This document shows, in pieces, positions 1 to 9,432 of a stretch of DNA of 64,000 nt (position 1 is the stretch's first letter; every line of letters starts with the position of its first letter). The notes beneath the pieces were generated by a model. The model did no database searches and was not told the origin of the DNA. It saw nothing but the letters and a program-made list of their open reading frames with translations. The position numbers and the translations under genes are program-made. The stretch is from Candidatus Sumerlaeota bacterium. GTDB taxonomy: Bacteria > Sumerlaeota > Sumerlaeia > JAFGJS01. The DNA lies in contig JAFGJS010000030.1 in the NCBI GenBank assembly GCA_016928995.1, positions 37,776 through 101,775 on the forward strand, in the 5' to 3' direction.

Positions 1-2
1 CC

Positions 3-740
3 GGCGACGTAGGATTCCTGCCTACGCAGGCATATTGCGGGCGTATCCGCGGCGCGGCGCTGAACATGACCGCCGCCATCTGCGGCAATCGTTTCTCTCG
101 CGGTTTAATCCGCCCCGGCGGAGTCGCCTATGATCTCGACGATGCGATCATCCGTCATCTGTTGGAGCGACTTGAAGCTGTGCGCGCGGATGCCGTCAGC
201 GCCATCGAATTGCTGTGGATCACTCCTTCGGTGCTGGAGCGTTTCGAACGCACGGGCGTTGTGTCGAAGGAGATCGCCGAGGAGATCGGCTTGGTGGGCC
301 CTGCGGCGCGCGCCTGCGGCCTGAATCGCGATGTGCGCCACGATTTTGCTCGCGGCATTTATCAGTTCCAGCAAATTCCTATCGCATCGGTCGAATCTGG
401 TGATGTTTATGGCCGGGCGATGGTGCGCTGGCTTGAATTGCTGCGTTCGATGACCTTTGTCCGGGAGATGCTGCTGGCGCTGCCGGATTCGAAAATCATG
501 AGCGAACCAGGCGCCATGAAGCCGGAAAGCATTGTTGTTTCGCTGGTGGAAGGATGGCGCGGCGAAATCTGTCATATCGCCGTGACGGACGCTCAGGGAG
601 AATTGAGCGGCTACAAGATCATTGATCCCAGTTTTCACAACTGGTTCGGTCTGGCCTGTGCGTTGCGCGACGAAGCAATTTCCGATTTTCCGCTGTGCAA
701 CAAAAGTTTCAATTTATCGTATTGCGGTTTCGATTTGTAA
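3..740 (+). CDS. Hydrogenase-4/Ehr-type large subunit (HyfG/HycE/NuoD family), 5' partial
   Basis: Frame is open from the window edge. Motifs GLVGPAARACG, GDVYGR, EGWRGEICH, IIDPSFHNW and SDFPLCNKSFNLSY; no C-terminal DPCxxC. Confidence 0.85.
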   Translation, partial: GDVGFLPTQAYCGRIRGAALNMTAAICGNRFSRGLIRPGGVAYDLDDAIIRHLLERLEAVRADAVSAIELLWITPSVLERFERTGVVSKEIAEEIGLVGPAARACGLNRDVRHDFARGIYQFQQIPIASVESGDVYGRAMVRWLELLRSMTFVREMLLALPDSKIMSEPGAMKPESIVVSLVEGWRGEICHIAVTDAQGELSGYKIIDPSFHNWFGLACALRDEAISDFPLCNKSFNLSYCGFDL

Positions 741-761
741 TCAGCGAAGGAGCGTCCGTAA

Positions 762-1535
762 ATGCTGTTCGAGATTCTTAAAGCGCGATTTCAGCAAGGG
801 CATCAGACGACGGCCTATCCCGCTGGACCGCCGCCGCAGTTGTCCGAACGCTTTGCCGGCATGCCGGCGATCGAACGGAGCGCTTGCCATTCTTGCGATG
901 GAATCTGCGCCGGCCTTTGCCCAAGCCGCGCGATTCAGCGCGATGCAGCCGGCGCCGTGGCGCTCGACATGGGGCGATGCCTGTTTTGCAACGAATGCGC
1001 GGAGGCATGCCCCAAGGATGCGATTCGCTTCACGAGTCAATATCAACTGGCGGCGGCCAAGCGCGAGGATCTGATCACCGATGGCGTCAATGCCGACGCG
1101 CGCCTTGCGCTCAACGAACGCGCCGCCCGGCTTTATGGCCGTTCTTTCGCCTTGCGCGTCGTCAGCGCCGGAGGATGCGGGGCGTGCGAAGCGGATGTCA
1201 ATGTGTTGACCACGCTGACTTGGGACATCGGGCGTTTTGGCCTTCATTACGCCGCTTCGCCTCGACATGCCGACGGACTGTTGCTAATTGGTCCTGTTCC
1301 GGAAAACATGGCGTTCGCCGTGAAGGAGACATACGACGCCATACCCGCGCCCAAGTTCGTCATCGCCGTGGGCGCCTGCGCCATCTCCGGCGGCATGTAT
1401 GCCGATCATCCCGAATGTCACGCCGGCCGCCGTCCGATCATCCCCATCGATCTGCATATTCCAGGCTGCCCGCCTCATCCTTTGACGATCCTCGATGGTT
1501 TGCTGCGTTTCCTTGGGCGCATTTCTGAGGAGTAG
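762..1535 (+). CDS. 2x[4Fe-4S] ferredoxin domain fused to a NuoB/HyfI-like small subunit
   Basis: CHSCDGICAGLCP and CLFCNECAEACP, followed by GGCGACE, SPRHADGLL, VGACAISGG and IPGCPPHP. Confidence 0.88.
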   Translation: MLFEILKARFQQGHQTTAYPAGPPPQLSERFAGMPAIERSACHSCDGICAGLCPSRAIQRDAAGAVALDMGRCLFCNECAEACPKDAIRFTSQYQLAAAKREDLITDGVNADARLALNERAARLYGRSFALRVVSAGGCGACEADVNVLTTLTWDIGRFGLHYAASPRHADGLLLIGPVPENMAFAVKETYDAIPAPKFVIAVGACAISGGMYADHPECHAGRRPIIPIDLHIPGCPPHPLTILDGLLRFLGRISEE

Positions 1536-1598
1536 CTATCGGCGCCCCTTGCCACGGTCTTTTCATTTTTCAACATCACCGTCTTTTTTTGTAGAGGA

Positions 1599-2330
1599 TC
1601 AATAGATGAAGAATTCCACGCGGCGGTTCAGCGCCCAGCCTTCCTCGTTTTCCTCGAGGCTGGCGGGATTTTCTTCGCCGTAACTGATCGTGTAAATCTG
1701 CGCTGGATTCACGCCGCGGCCGATGAGGAATTCCCGCGCGGCGTGGGCGCGCTGCTGGCCGAGGTGGTAGTTGTATTCAAGCGTGCCGCGCGAATCGGCG
1801 TATCCCTGGATCTGCACTTGCAGGTTGGGGTACTTTTTGAAGAAATCGGCGGCGCGTTGCAGCGCCGGCTTCATCTCTTCCGTGATCGAAGCGGAATTGA
1901 AGTCGAAATAGACCGGACTGAGCGACGGGGTCTGGCGTTTGGCGGTGCGTTGCGGCGCGCGCAGGATCGGATAGGGCGTGTCCACGCTGGCGTCGGCGTT
2001 GCGCGGATCATCCGGCACGGCTGTGAGCGTGGCGCCATCGCCGCCGGGCTGAGCGTCCAGCGTCTCTTCGGCGTTCCATCCGCCCGCGAGCATCTCTGTG
2101 TCGTCCTCTTCCGGCAATCCCCATTGGGTTCGCACGCCTGGAGCGCTGGGCAGGTATTGGTCTTGAATCTCAACCGGCTCGCCGGTGCTCCATTGATACT
2201 GCCGCTGCTGCCGGCATCCGGACAGCGCGCATATGAGCGTCAGCGCGGCGGCCAAGGTCCATCGCACCGTCCCGTTCCACGGGCGATTCCGCGGGTTGAT
2301 GGTTTGGCGTTTTTTCCTGTCGCTCATCAT
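1599..2330 (-). CDS. pal: Peptidoglycan-associated lipoprotein (OmpA/Pal family)
   Basis: Lipobox LSGC; VYFDFNS, GYADSRGTLEYNYHLGQQRA, SYGEENP and NRRVEF; lies downstream of tolB. Start chosen from a GGAGA RBS. Confidence 0.85.
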   Translation of the reverse strand: MMSDRKKRQTINPRNRPWNGTVRWTLAAALTLICALSGCRQQRQYQWSTGEPVEIQDQYLPSAPGVRTQWGLPEEDDTEMLAGGWNAEETLDAQPGGDGATLTAVPDDPRNADASVDTPYPILRAPQRTAKRQTPSLSPVYFDFNSASITEEMKPALQRAADFFKKYPNLQVQIQGYADSRGTLEYNYHLGQQRAHAAREFLIGRGVNPAQIYTISYGEENPASLEENEEGWALNRRVEFFIY

Positions 2331-2518
2331 GCGTTTCTCCGCGCGCGATGAATCGCGGCGTTGCATTGCGGTTTTGCGGCGCTTCGTATGTCCGTCATGC
2401 TCCTCGAATCGATCCTCGATTTTTGATTATAAAGTATGAGCAAGAACCAGCGCAAGCGCAAGCGCAAGAAAATAAGCTGGACCCGCCGGAGCATCGATGC
2501 TTCCGGCGGCGGATGCGT

Positions 2519-3955
2519 TTAATCTATGCTTAAAAAAGGCGACCAGGCCGGCGAGTGATTCGCGCCTTGATCCGTCAGCCGCGTCACGTTGCTGCCGTCA
2601 GCGTTCATCACGTAAATTTGCTGCGAGCCTGTGCGATCCGAGGTGAAGGCGATCAATTCGCCGTTGGGCGCCCAGGTCGGATCTTCATTGTTGCCTTCAT
2701 TCGGTCCGCGTCCGGTCAATTGCCGCCAATTGCGGCCGTCCAGATCGAGGGTGTAGATATTAAAGACCCCATCGGAGCGGCCTGAGATGGCGATCTTGTC
2801 GCCCTTGGGCGAGATCACCGCGCCGTCGTTGTAGGAGCCTTGGAAGGTGATGCGCCGTCGGTCGAGTCCGTCGGAGTCCGTCATCCAGATTTGCGGATTT
2901 CCGCTGCGGTTCGAGGTGAAGAGAACCTGGCGGCCATTGGGGAAGAACGAAGGCGATGAGTCGATCGCCTTGTGCCGTGTGAGCCGCTGAAGTTTCTTGC
3001 CGCTGCGGTCCATTAAATAGATTTCCGAATTGCCGTCTTTGCCCAGTGTGAGGGCGATGCGCTGGGTTTGCTGGTTCCAGTTCGGCGAGATGTTGAAGCC
3101 CGGTTGGCGCGAGATGAACCATGGTTCGCCGCCCGAGATTTTTACTCCGCATAAATCCCAATTGAAGTCCTTGTCGGATGTGTAATAGATTTCCTCGTTG
3201 TTATAGCCCCAGCAGGGGGTGGCGGCGAGTTTCATGTCGCGGGTCAGGCGCTGTGGATTCGCTCCGTCGGCGTCGATCAGGAAAACTTCTTTGACGCGGG
3301 TGCTTTTGGGTTCGGCGCTGTGGACGAAGACAAGCTGGGTGTTGGCCACGCCGCGTTTGAAGGTGATGGCGGAAAAAACGTCGTCGCTGATTTTATGCGC
3401 CAGCGTGCGCCATTCGTCTTTTTTGCGCGGGCGGTATTCATTCTCGAAGATTTTGATGTTTTTCGCGGTTTCATAAAGAACGACTTTTGCGCCAATGGCG
3501 TTTTCGTCGAGGGAGTATTGCATTTTCAGCACGAAGTCGGCCTTGAGCGCGCGCCACTCGACAAATTCGATCGCTTCTTTTTGCTGGTCGATTTTGTCCT
3601 GTTCCTGCACGTATTTCTGGTCAGCGGCAGGTTTGAAGTAGCCCGAGATGGACAGATCCCGGTAAATCACCTCCGAGATCGAGCCTGGCGGGATGCGCTT
3701 GGTGGATTGCGGCGAGTAATGGGCGTGCGGAACGGCGATGGAATAGACCGTGCGGATGTCTTCCGCGGAAACTTCGCCGATGTCGATCGGACGGTCGCCG
3801 CCGAGCTGAGCCAGCAGCGGACGGGTGTTTTGATTGATCGCGTTGAGCGCGATGGTTTGGCCGGCATGGAGTCCGGCAGGGCCGCAGAGCAAGACGGCGA
3901 GCGTGAAAATCGCCGTCAGCGCGGCGCAACAGGAACGGGAGCGAGCAATGGGCAT
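2519..3955 (-). CDS. tolB: Tol-Pal beta-propeller protein TolB
   Basis: Signal peptide, TolB N-domain (AHKISDDVF) and PD40 repeats (SPNWN, SPSFFPNG, PTWAPNG, SPAWSP). Start chosen from a GGTGGAG RBS. Confidence 0.88.
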   Translation of the reverse strand: MPIARSRSCCAALTAIFTLAVLLCGPAGLHAGQTIALNAINQNTRPLLAQLGGDRPIDIGEVSAEDIRTVYSIAVPHAHYSPQSTKRIPPGSISEVIYRDLSISGYFKPAADQKYVQEQDKIDQQKEAIEFVEWRALKADFVLKMQYSLDENAIGAKVVLYETAKNIKIFENEYRPRKKDEWRTLAHKISDDVFSAITFKRGVANTQLVFVHSAEPKSTRVKEVFLIDADGANPQRLTRDMKLAATPCWGYNNEEIYYTSDKDFNWDLCGVKISGGEPWFISRQPGFNISPNWNQQTQRIALTLGKDGNSEIYLMDRSGKKLQRLTRHKAIDSSPSFFPNGRQVLFTSNRSGNPQIWMTDSDGLDRRRITFQGSYNDGAVISPKGDKIAISGRSDGVFNIYTLDLDGRNWRQLTGRGPNEGNNEDPTWAPNGELIAFTSDRTGSQQIYVMNADGSNVTRLTDQGANHSPAWSPFLSID

Positions 3956-4075
3956 GAATCTCCACCTTGACATGGAATGTTGAGCGTTGATTGTGTTTAA
4001 CCAGACTGGACCGCTCCGCAGCGGTTTGGCTGCATTTTCATCACTGGAGAGTTGACCACTGGAAAAATCTCTGTG

Positions 4076-4105
4076 AGTCTTGGCCAATCAAGTGCGTTCT
4101 GTCAA
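4076..4105 (-). promoter_or_regulatory. Putative sigma70-type promoter TTGACA-N18-AAGACT for tolB-pal
   Basis: Perfect -35 box; the same architecture recurs at 28120-28149. Confidence 0.4.
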
Positions 4106-4161
4106 GGCGGATCGGCGCTTGCGCTGACTGTGGACGCGTCTCATTTCAGTTACGGAGGCTA

Positions 4162-4320
4162 ATCTCTTAAATCATGGCTCCTTATCAGCACTGAAAGTGC
4201 TGCGTACCACAGCCCAGGCCAGAGCGTAGGCCGCTTGCGGCCGTGAGCGCCGGCCTGGGTAGAGAGTTAAAGCATTCTAGGCTGGCGGGATTTTTGCTCC
4301 GCAAAAATCATGACAGCCGT
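4162..4320. repeat. Structured REP/MITE-like dispersed element, copy 1
   Basis: Aligns with the reverse complement of 29612-29817. Hairpins CAGCACT-GAA-AGTGCTG, CCCAGGCC...GGCCTGGG and GATTTTTGC-TCC-GCAAAAATC. Confidence 0.85.
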
Positions 4321-4402
4321 GTTTTGCAGTTTCGGAGCTGAAGAGAGATGCACCCTTGCGCTGCGGCGGAATGCGAATAGGCATCGGGAATAAAAAATCA
4401 TC

Positions 4403-4496
4403 ATCGGGATCGGGATCGCTATCGGTATCGAAAAATCGAAATGATTGTGATTGCATTAATATCGATTCCGATTTCGATAGCGATTTCGATTCTGAT
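4403..4496. repeat. Inverted pair of hexamer tandem arrays (ATCGNN x5 / NNYGAT x6)
   Basis: atcggg atcggg atcgct atcggt atcgaa ... atcgat tccgat ttcgat agcgat ttcgat tctgat. Confidence 0.8.
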
Positions 4497-4527
4497 GTAT
4501 TCATGCAAGGATCAGGAAAAAAGGCAC

Positions 4528-5610
4528 ATGATGCAACTGCTGACATGGCCGGTGTGTCTGGCGATTTTGTTTTTTGAGGCGGTCGGGCTTTCGCTGCTGC
4601 TCACGCCAGTGGCGCAACGCTTGGGGCAGCGCGGTTTTCTTGACGCGCCCGGCGAGCGGAAGATTCATGAAGCGCCGATTCCGCGCAATGGCGGCATGGC
4701 CATCGTGGCCGCCTTTCTCATCGTGCTGCTGGGCAACATCGCGGCGGCGTGGCTCTTTCGCGACGCGCTGATTGAGCGCGTGCCGCATGCCGCGAACCTG
4801 GGGCAGAAATGGAAAGAATTGACCGCCGTGCTGGCTGGCGGCGTGTGGATTTTCGGCGTAGGGCTGCTCGATGACCGGCGCGCGCTGCGGCCGCTGGTGA
4901 AATTCGCCGGACAGTTGCTGGCCGCCGCGCCGTTGCTCATTGCTGGCATCCAGTTGAAAAGTTTCCTGCCCGATGCGGCGGGCATGGCGCTTACGGTGTT
5001 CTGGGTCGCGCTGCTGTGCAATTCGCTCAACTTTCTGGACAACATGAACGGTCTGAGCAGTGGTGTGGGCGTAATCTGCGCGCTGATTTTCGGTTGGATC
5101 GCCTATGACAGCGGGCAGTTTTTCATGGCCGCGATGTTCCTGATTCTCGCCGGCAGCTACGCCGGCTTCTGGCATTTTAATTTCAACAAGGGCGACATCT
5201 TCATGGGCGACGGCGGCTCGATGTTCCTCGGTTATATGCTGGCGGCGCTGTCGATTCTGACGAACTACTGGGAGGCCGGGGCGCCGTCCGGGTTGCCGGT
5301 GCTGATGCCGGTTGTGGTGCTGGGCGTGCCGTTGTTCGACACACTGTCGGTCTTCTGGATTCGCTTCCGCAGCGGCCAGCCGCTGTACAAAGGCGACATG
5401 AACCACTTTTCGCACCGGCTGGTCGATCTTGGACTTTCGCGGCGAGGGGCTGTGATGTTCATCTATCTGGTCACGGCCTGCGTCGGCCTCAGCGCGCTGC
5501 CATTCAAGGCGCTCAGCCTCGCGCAGGCGCTGGTCTATTCGCTGCAGATTGTGATCTGGTTCTGCATCATCTACTGGATCGAACGATTGGGGAAAAAGAA
5601 GGCGGAATAA
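4528..5610 (+). CDS. Undecaprenyl-phosphate GlcNAc-1-P transferase (WecA/TagO, MraY family)
   Basis: RKIHEAPIPRNGG, GLLDD, NSLNFLDNMNGL, IFMGDGGS and DMNHFSHRL motifs; polytopic membrane protein. Confidence 0.88.
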   Translation: MMQLLTWPVCLAILFFEAVGLSLLLTPVAQRLGQRGFLDAPGERKIHEAPIPRNGGMAIVAAFLIVLLGNIAAAWLFRDALIERVPHAANLGQKWKELTAVLAGGVWIFGVGLLDDRRALRPLVKFAGQLLAAAPLLIAGIQLKSFLPDAAGMALTVFWVALLCNSLNFLDNMNGLSSGVGVICALIFGWIAYDSGQFFMAAMFLILAGSYAGFWHFNFNKGDIFMGDGGSMFLGYMLAALSILTNYWEAGAPSGLPVLMPVVVLGVPLFDTLSVFWIRFRSGQPLYKGDMNHFSHRLVDLGLSRRGAVMFIYLVTACVGLSALPFKALSLAQALVYSLQIVIWFCIIYWIERLGKKKAE

Positions 5611-5625
5611 CCGCAAACAAATAAA

Positions 5626-5744
5626 CGCAAAGACGCAGAGACGCAAAGTTTTTGACAGGATTCACAGGATGGGCAGGATAAAAATGTGGAGATGCTGAGT
5701 GGCGCTTCACATCACACAACCCCATCAATTCTGTCGATCCTGTT
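5626..5744. repeat. Octamer run (CGCARAGA x3) plus an inverted nonamer array (NRCAGGATN x3 / ATYCTGT x2)
   Basis: cgcaaaga cgcagaga cgcaaag; gacaggatt cacaggatg ggcaggata ... aattctgtc gatcctgtt. Confidence 0.65.
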
Positions 5745-5798
5745 TAAGAGGTTCTTCTGCGGTTGGTATGGATGAAGCGATATGATCATCGTTCACAA

Positions 5799-5885
5799 GA
5801 TGCTAGATACTGGATGCTCGATACTGGATATCGATCGAGCAGTTGCGTTCGTTGTCAGTTCATCCAGTATCTAGTATCCAGCATC
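5799..5885. repeat. Inverted pair of heptamer tandem arrays (GATRCTN)
   Basis: gatgcta gatactg gatgctc gatactg gata ... catccag tatctag tatccag catc. Confidence 0.8.
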
Positions 5886-6016
5886 GGATTCATTGGGAGC
5901 GCGATCGCAAAAAAACAGCGATAATGCCGAATCCACAACAAAACGTGAAGATCCAAAAAAATCAGTTCTTTGTGCCTTTGTATGAGGAAAAAACGCGGTT
6001 TTGGGTCGAGTGGAAA

Positions 6017-6092
6017 TGGCGCGCCTGACAGGACTCGAACCTGTAACCTTTGGTTCCGTAGACCAACGCTCTATCCATTGAGCTACAGGCGC
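6017..6092 (-). tRNA. tRNA-Arg(ACG)
   Basis: Acceptor stem GCGCCTG/CAGGCGC, anticodon arm TTGGT-CTACGGA-ACCAA, T-loop GGTTCGAGTCC and encoded CCA; 76 nt. Confidence 0.97.
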
Positions 6093-6131
6093 GCAAATGC
6101 CTTTCGAGCGATTGACTCGAAAGGAGGGCTA

Positions 6132-6160
6132 AACCTAAGTCCGTGAGGCGGCGCGGTCAA
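6132..6160 (-). promoter_or_regulatory. Putative tRNA promoter TTGACC-N17-TAGGTT
   Basis: Consensus-like boxes with 17-nt spacing, about 40 nt upstream of the tRNA. Confidence 0.5.
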
Positions 6161-6187
6161 GACTTTTTTTATGGGATGCGAGGATCG

Positions 6188-7243
6188 ATGACAGAGACGG
6201 ATAACAATAAAGATACGAATGCGCCACACGCCGGCGAGGCGTTGCGCGACGTCGGTGAACGGGGCTTTCTGAAGCGTATGCGGCGCGTCATGGGCCGGCC
6301 AGACGCCGCGCTGACCGGCGGGCTGGATGATGATGCGGCGATGATCCGCAGCGGCAAGCGGCGTCATCTGCTGCTGACCAATGATATGCTGGTCGAGGAC
6401 ACGCATTTCACCCTGGCGACAACGCCGCCGGAGGCGCTGGGGTACAAGATTGTGGCGGTGAATGTCAGCGATATCGCCGCGATGGCCGGACGGCCGGGGC
6501 TGATGACCGTGGGGTTGGGCGCTCCGCCGTCCATGCCAATGGCGGATTTGGAGGCGTTATATCAGGGGATTCGCCAGGCCTGCCGCCTGTTCGGCGTGAC
6601 GCTGGCCGGCGGCGACACGGTGCGCGCGGAGCGGCTGACGCTGAGTGTGACGCTTACCGGAGAATATCGAGGACGCAAGAGCCGCGCGCCGCTGCGCTCG
6701 CGGATGAAGCCCGGCGACTGGATCTACGCGACTGGGACGCTGGGCGACTCAGCCGCTGGTTTGATGCTGCTACTGGAGGCGGAACAGGGGCGCGAGCTGG
6801 ACGAGGGCGACCGCGAATTCCTGATTCAGCGTCATCAGCGGCCCACGCCGCGTGTGAAAGAGGCGCTGGCGCTGCATGCGGCGCTGGGGCGAATGGCGAT
6901 GATGGACCTGAGCGACGATCTGCTTTCGTCGTTGCGGATGCTGGCGGAGCTTTCCGGCGCGGGATTCGAGGCGGAGTTGGATGACTTGCCGTTGAGCGAG
7001 CCGCTGCTGCGATTCACGGAGAACATCGGCCGGCAAGCCTCGGACCTGGCGCTGCTGGGCGGCGAGGATTTTGAGTTGCTCTTCGCCTGCCCCGCCGAAC
7101 CCGAGCGCGTGCGAGAGATCCTGCATCAGGCAAAAATTAAGACGCTCGTGACGCCGATCGGCCGCGCGACAAAAAGCGGCGAGAAATTCCTGCGTCAAGG
7201 CCGCGAAATCGCCGTGAAAAGCAATTCCTTTTCACATTTTTAA
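6188..7243 (+). CDS. thiL: Thiamine-monophosphate kinase
   Basis: GERGF, DDAA, DMLVEDTHF, VNVSDIAAMAG, GGDT, DLSDDL and GGEDFELLF motifs. Confidence 0.93.
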   Translation: MTETDNNKDTNAPHAGEALRDVGERGFLKRMRRVMGRPDAALTGGLDDDAAMIRSGKRRHLLLTNDMLVEDTHFTLATTPPEALGYKIVAVNVSDIAAMAGRPGLMTVGLGAPPSMPMADLEALYQGIRQACRLFGVTLAGGDTVRAERLTLSVTLTGEYRGRKSRAPLRSRMKPGDWIYATGTLGDSAAGLMLLLEAEQGRELDEGDREFLIQRHQRPTPRVKEALALHAALGRMAMMDLSDDLLSSLRMLAELSGAGFEAELDDLPLSEPLLRFTENIGRQASDLALLGGEDFELLFACPAEPERVREILHQAKIKTLVTPIGRATKSGEKFLRQGREIAVKSNSFSHF

Positions 7244-7256
7244 AAATCGAGCGACT

Positions 7257-9389
7257 CTAGATCCGCACGACAATTCCATCTCGCGCCGATTGGACTGCGG
7301 CGAAACTTGCGCGGGTCACATTGGCCAGTTCCGAGAAGGGGATGAGCGGCGCGCCGCCTTCGCTGACGCGTGTGATGAAGGCTTCCACTTCCGCCTGATG
7401 CCCTTTGTCCTGCCGGGATGTCTTGAACTTGCTCAATCGCGGGAATCCATATCCGCGAGTCAGCCGGAAATTTTCCATCCGCATAATCCGGCCATCGCTG
7501 AACACTTCCAGCGTTTCCTTGGGGTAGGACTTTGCGCCGTTGGAGAAGTAATTGATCGTGCCGACCGAGCCGTCTTCAAAGCCGAGGAGGATGCTCATTT
7601 TGTCTTCCCGCACGGCCGGACCTTCTCCGACCATCATGGCGGAAACGGTCTGGATTTTCGCGCCGGTCAGATAGAGTAGCAAATCAATAAAATGGCACGC
7701 CTCGCCAATGATCCGGCCGCCGCCCGCTTGGGGATCCTGAGTCCAGTGATCGGCCGGAATCGCGCCGCTGTTCACTGTCATGGTTAAACACATCGGTTCG
7801 CTGCGGCCGCGAAGCGCGTCTTTCATTTTTTGAATGTGGGGGCTGAACCGGCGATTGAAGCCGACCATCAGCTGCCGCTCCGGGCGTCTTTTCACGGTTT
7901 GCTCGATGTGCTGCAATTGCGTTTCATTGAGCGCCAGCGGTTTTTCGACGAACACATGTTTGTCCGCTTCCAACGCTTCGCTGACCAGGTTCGCATGAGA
8001 GGCGTGCCCCGTGATGATGAACACAGCGTTCACGGCTGGATCTTTCAGCATGGTCCGGTAATCGGTCGAGGCCTGTTCGATGCCGTATTTCTTCGCCGCA
8101 TGCTGCGCCGCCTGCGCCTTGCTGCGTACCGCCACGTATTTCATCGCCGCATCGGTCTTGCTGATCGCGGGAATCAAGACGCCCGTGGCGAATCCGCCGG
8201 CGCCGATGACGCCCACTGTTGTTTTTTCTGAACCGGCGCTCTGGCGCTGCGTCACCGCCACGTTGATTTCCCGGCTCACTTCCGCGGGATATTCCAGGAT
8301 GATCCCCAGCGCGGACGGATCGTTCTGCACTTTATCATAGGCTTTCAGCGCGTCATTGAGCTGGAAGCGGTGCGTGATCAATGGCTTGACGTTCAAGAGG
8401 CCGCTGTTGATTGCGCTCAGGATCGCCTCGAAATTCCGCCCTTCGGTCCAGCGCACGTAGCTGATCGGATAGTCCTGCCCCTTCTGTTCGTAGGTTTCGT
8501 CATACCGGCCCGGGCCATAAGAGCAGGAGACCTGGAAGGTTAATTCTTTTTTATAGAAATCGTCGCGCCGCAAATTCAATCCCACGACGCCGACAAGGAT
8601 GATGCGTCCGCGCTTGCGGCATGCCTCGGCCGCTTGATGCATGATCACGTCCGTTTTGGCCGAGGCTGTGATGATGACGCCGTCGACGCCGGCGCCGCCT
8701 GTCGCGGTTAAGGCCGACGCCACGGGATCGGCGCCCGCGTCGAGATTGACTGCTTTGGCGCCGAAGGTTTCGGCCAGCGCCAGGCGATCCGCGTTCAGAT
8801 CCACGGCCAACACCTCGCAACCGCTGGCTCGCAGCAGCTGAGCGGTCAGAAGTCCGATCAGGCCCATGCCAAAAACCATGATTGTCTCGCCGAGTTCCGG
8901 CTTGAGCAGCCGTACTCCTTGGAGCGCGATGCTGGCCAGCACGGTGAAGGCGGCTTCTTCGTCAGGAATGCCTTCGGGAACCTTCGCGCAGAGGTTGCGC
9001 GGCGCCGCGATGATTTCGGCGTGATTGCCGTTGGAGATCACACGATCGCCAGGCGCCAAATCCTGAACGCCCTCGCCGGCTTCCAGCACGACGCCGCAGT
9101 TGCAGTAACCCAGCGGCATCGGCGTGTCGAGTTTGCGGAACACGGCGTCGAGAGTGGGGAGCAGGCCGTCCGTTTTGATCTTATCCAGAACTTGCTTCAC
9201 CTTGTCCGGTTGCTGCCGCGCTTTTTGGATCAGGCTCGCCTGGCTGAACTCCACGAGCATACGTTCCGTGCCCGATGAAATCAGCGAGGCCCGGGATTGA
9301 ATGAGCGCTTCACCGCGTCCCGCCGTTGGGGATGGAAGTTCAGCGATTTCCATCTTGCCGGTCTTTAAGTGTTGAAGGATTTGTTTCAT
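7257..9389 (-). CDS. Bi-domain oxidoreductase (Zn-type MDR dehydrogenase + Gfo/Idh/MocA), typical of glycan loci
   Basis: SLISSGTE, GMGLIG, SCSYGPGRYD, YVRWTE, HVFVEKP, VGFNRRFSP and GEACHFID motifs. Confidence 0.9.
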   Translation of the reverse strand: MKQILQHLKTGKMEIAELPSPTAGRGEALIQSRASLISSGTERMLVEFSQASLIQKARQQPDKVKQVLDKIKTDGLLPTLDAVFRKLDTPMPLGYCNCGVVLEAGEGVQDLAPGDRVISNGNHAEIIAAPRNLCAKVPEGIPDEEAAFTVLASIALQGVRLLKPELGETIMVFGMGLIGLLTAQLLRASGCEVLAVDLNADRLALAETFGAKAVNLDAGADPVASALTATGGAGVDGVIITASAKTDVIMHQAAEACRKRGRIILVGVVGLNLRRDDFYKKELTFQVSCSYGPGRYDETYEQKGQDYPISYVRWTEGRNFEAILSAINSGLLNVKPLITHRFQLNDALKAYDKVQNDPSALGIILEYPAEVSREINVAVTQRQSAGSEKTTVGVIGAGGFATGVLIPAISKTDAAMKYVAVRSKAQAAQHAAKKYGIEQASTDYRTMLKDPAVNAVFIITGHASHANLVSEALEADKHVFVEKPLALNETQLQHIEQTVKRRPERQLMVGFNRRFSPHIQKMKDALRGRSEPMCLTMTVNSGAIPADHWTQDPQAGGGRIIGEACHFIDLLLYLTGAKIQTVSAMMVGEGPAVREDKMSILLGFEDGSVGTINYFSNGAKSYPKETLEVFSDGRIMRMENFRLTRGYGFPRLSKFKTSRQDKGHQAEVEAFITRVSEGGAPLIPFSELANVTRASFAAVQSARDGIVVRI

Positions 9390-9432
9390 TTGAGCTCCAA
9401 TCCCGCGCTTTCATGCCGCCTTATAACTTATG

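Noticed and set aside
2450..2468. GCGCAA x3 between tolB and pal
   Set aside because: Only three units with no inverted partner; may be chance.
4277..4577. Short ORFs encoding DTDSDPDP / SGSGSLSVS repeats
   Set aside because: They are translations of the non-coding hexamer array and overlap the dispersed element.
6017..6092. tRNA-anchored prophage or integrative element
   Set aside because: No integrase and no duplicated tRNA 3' end seen in the window.
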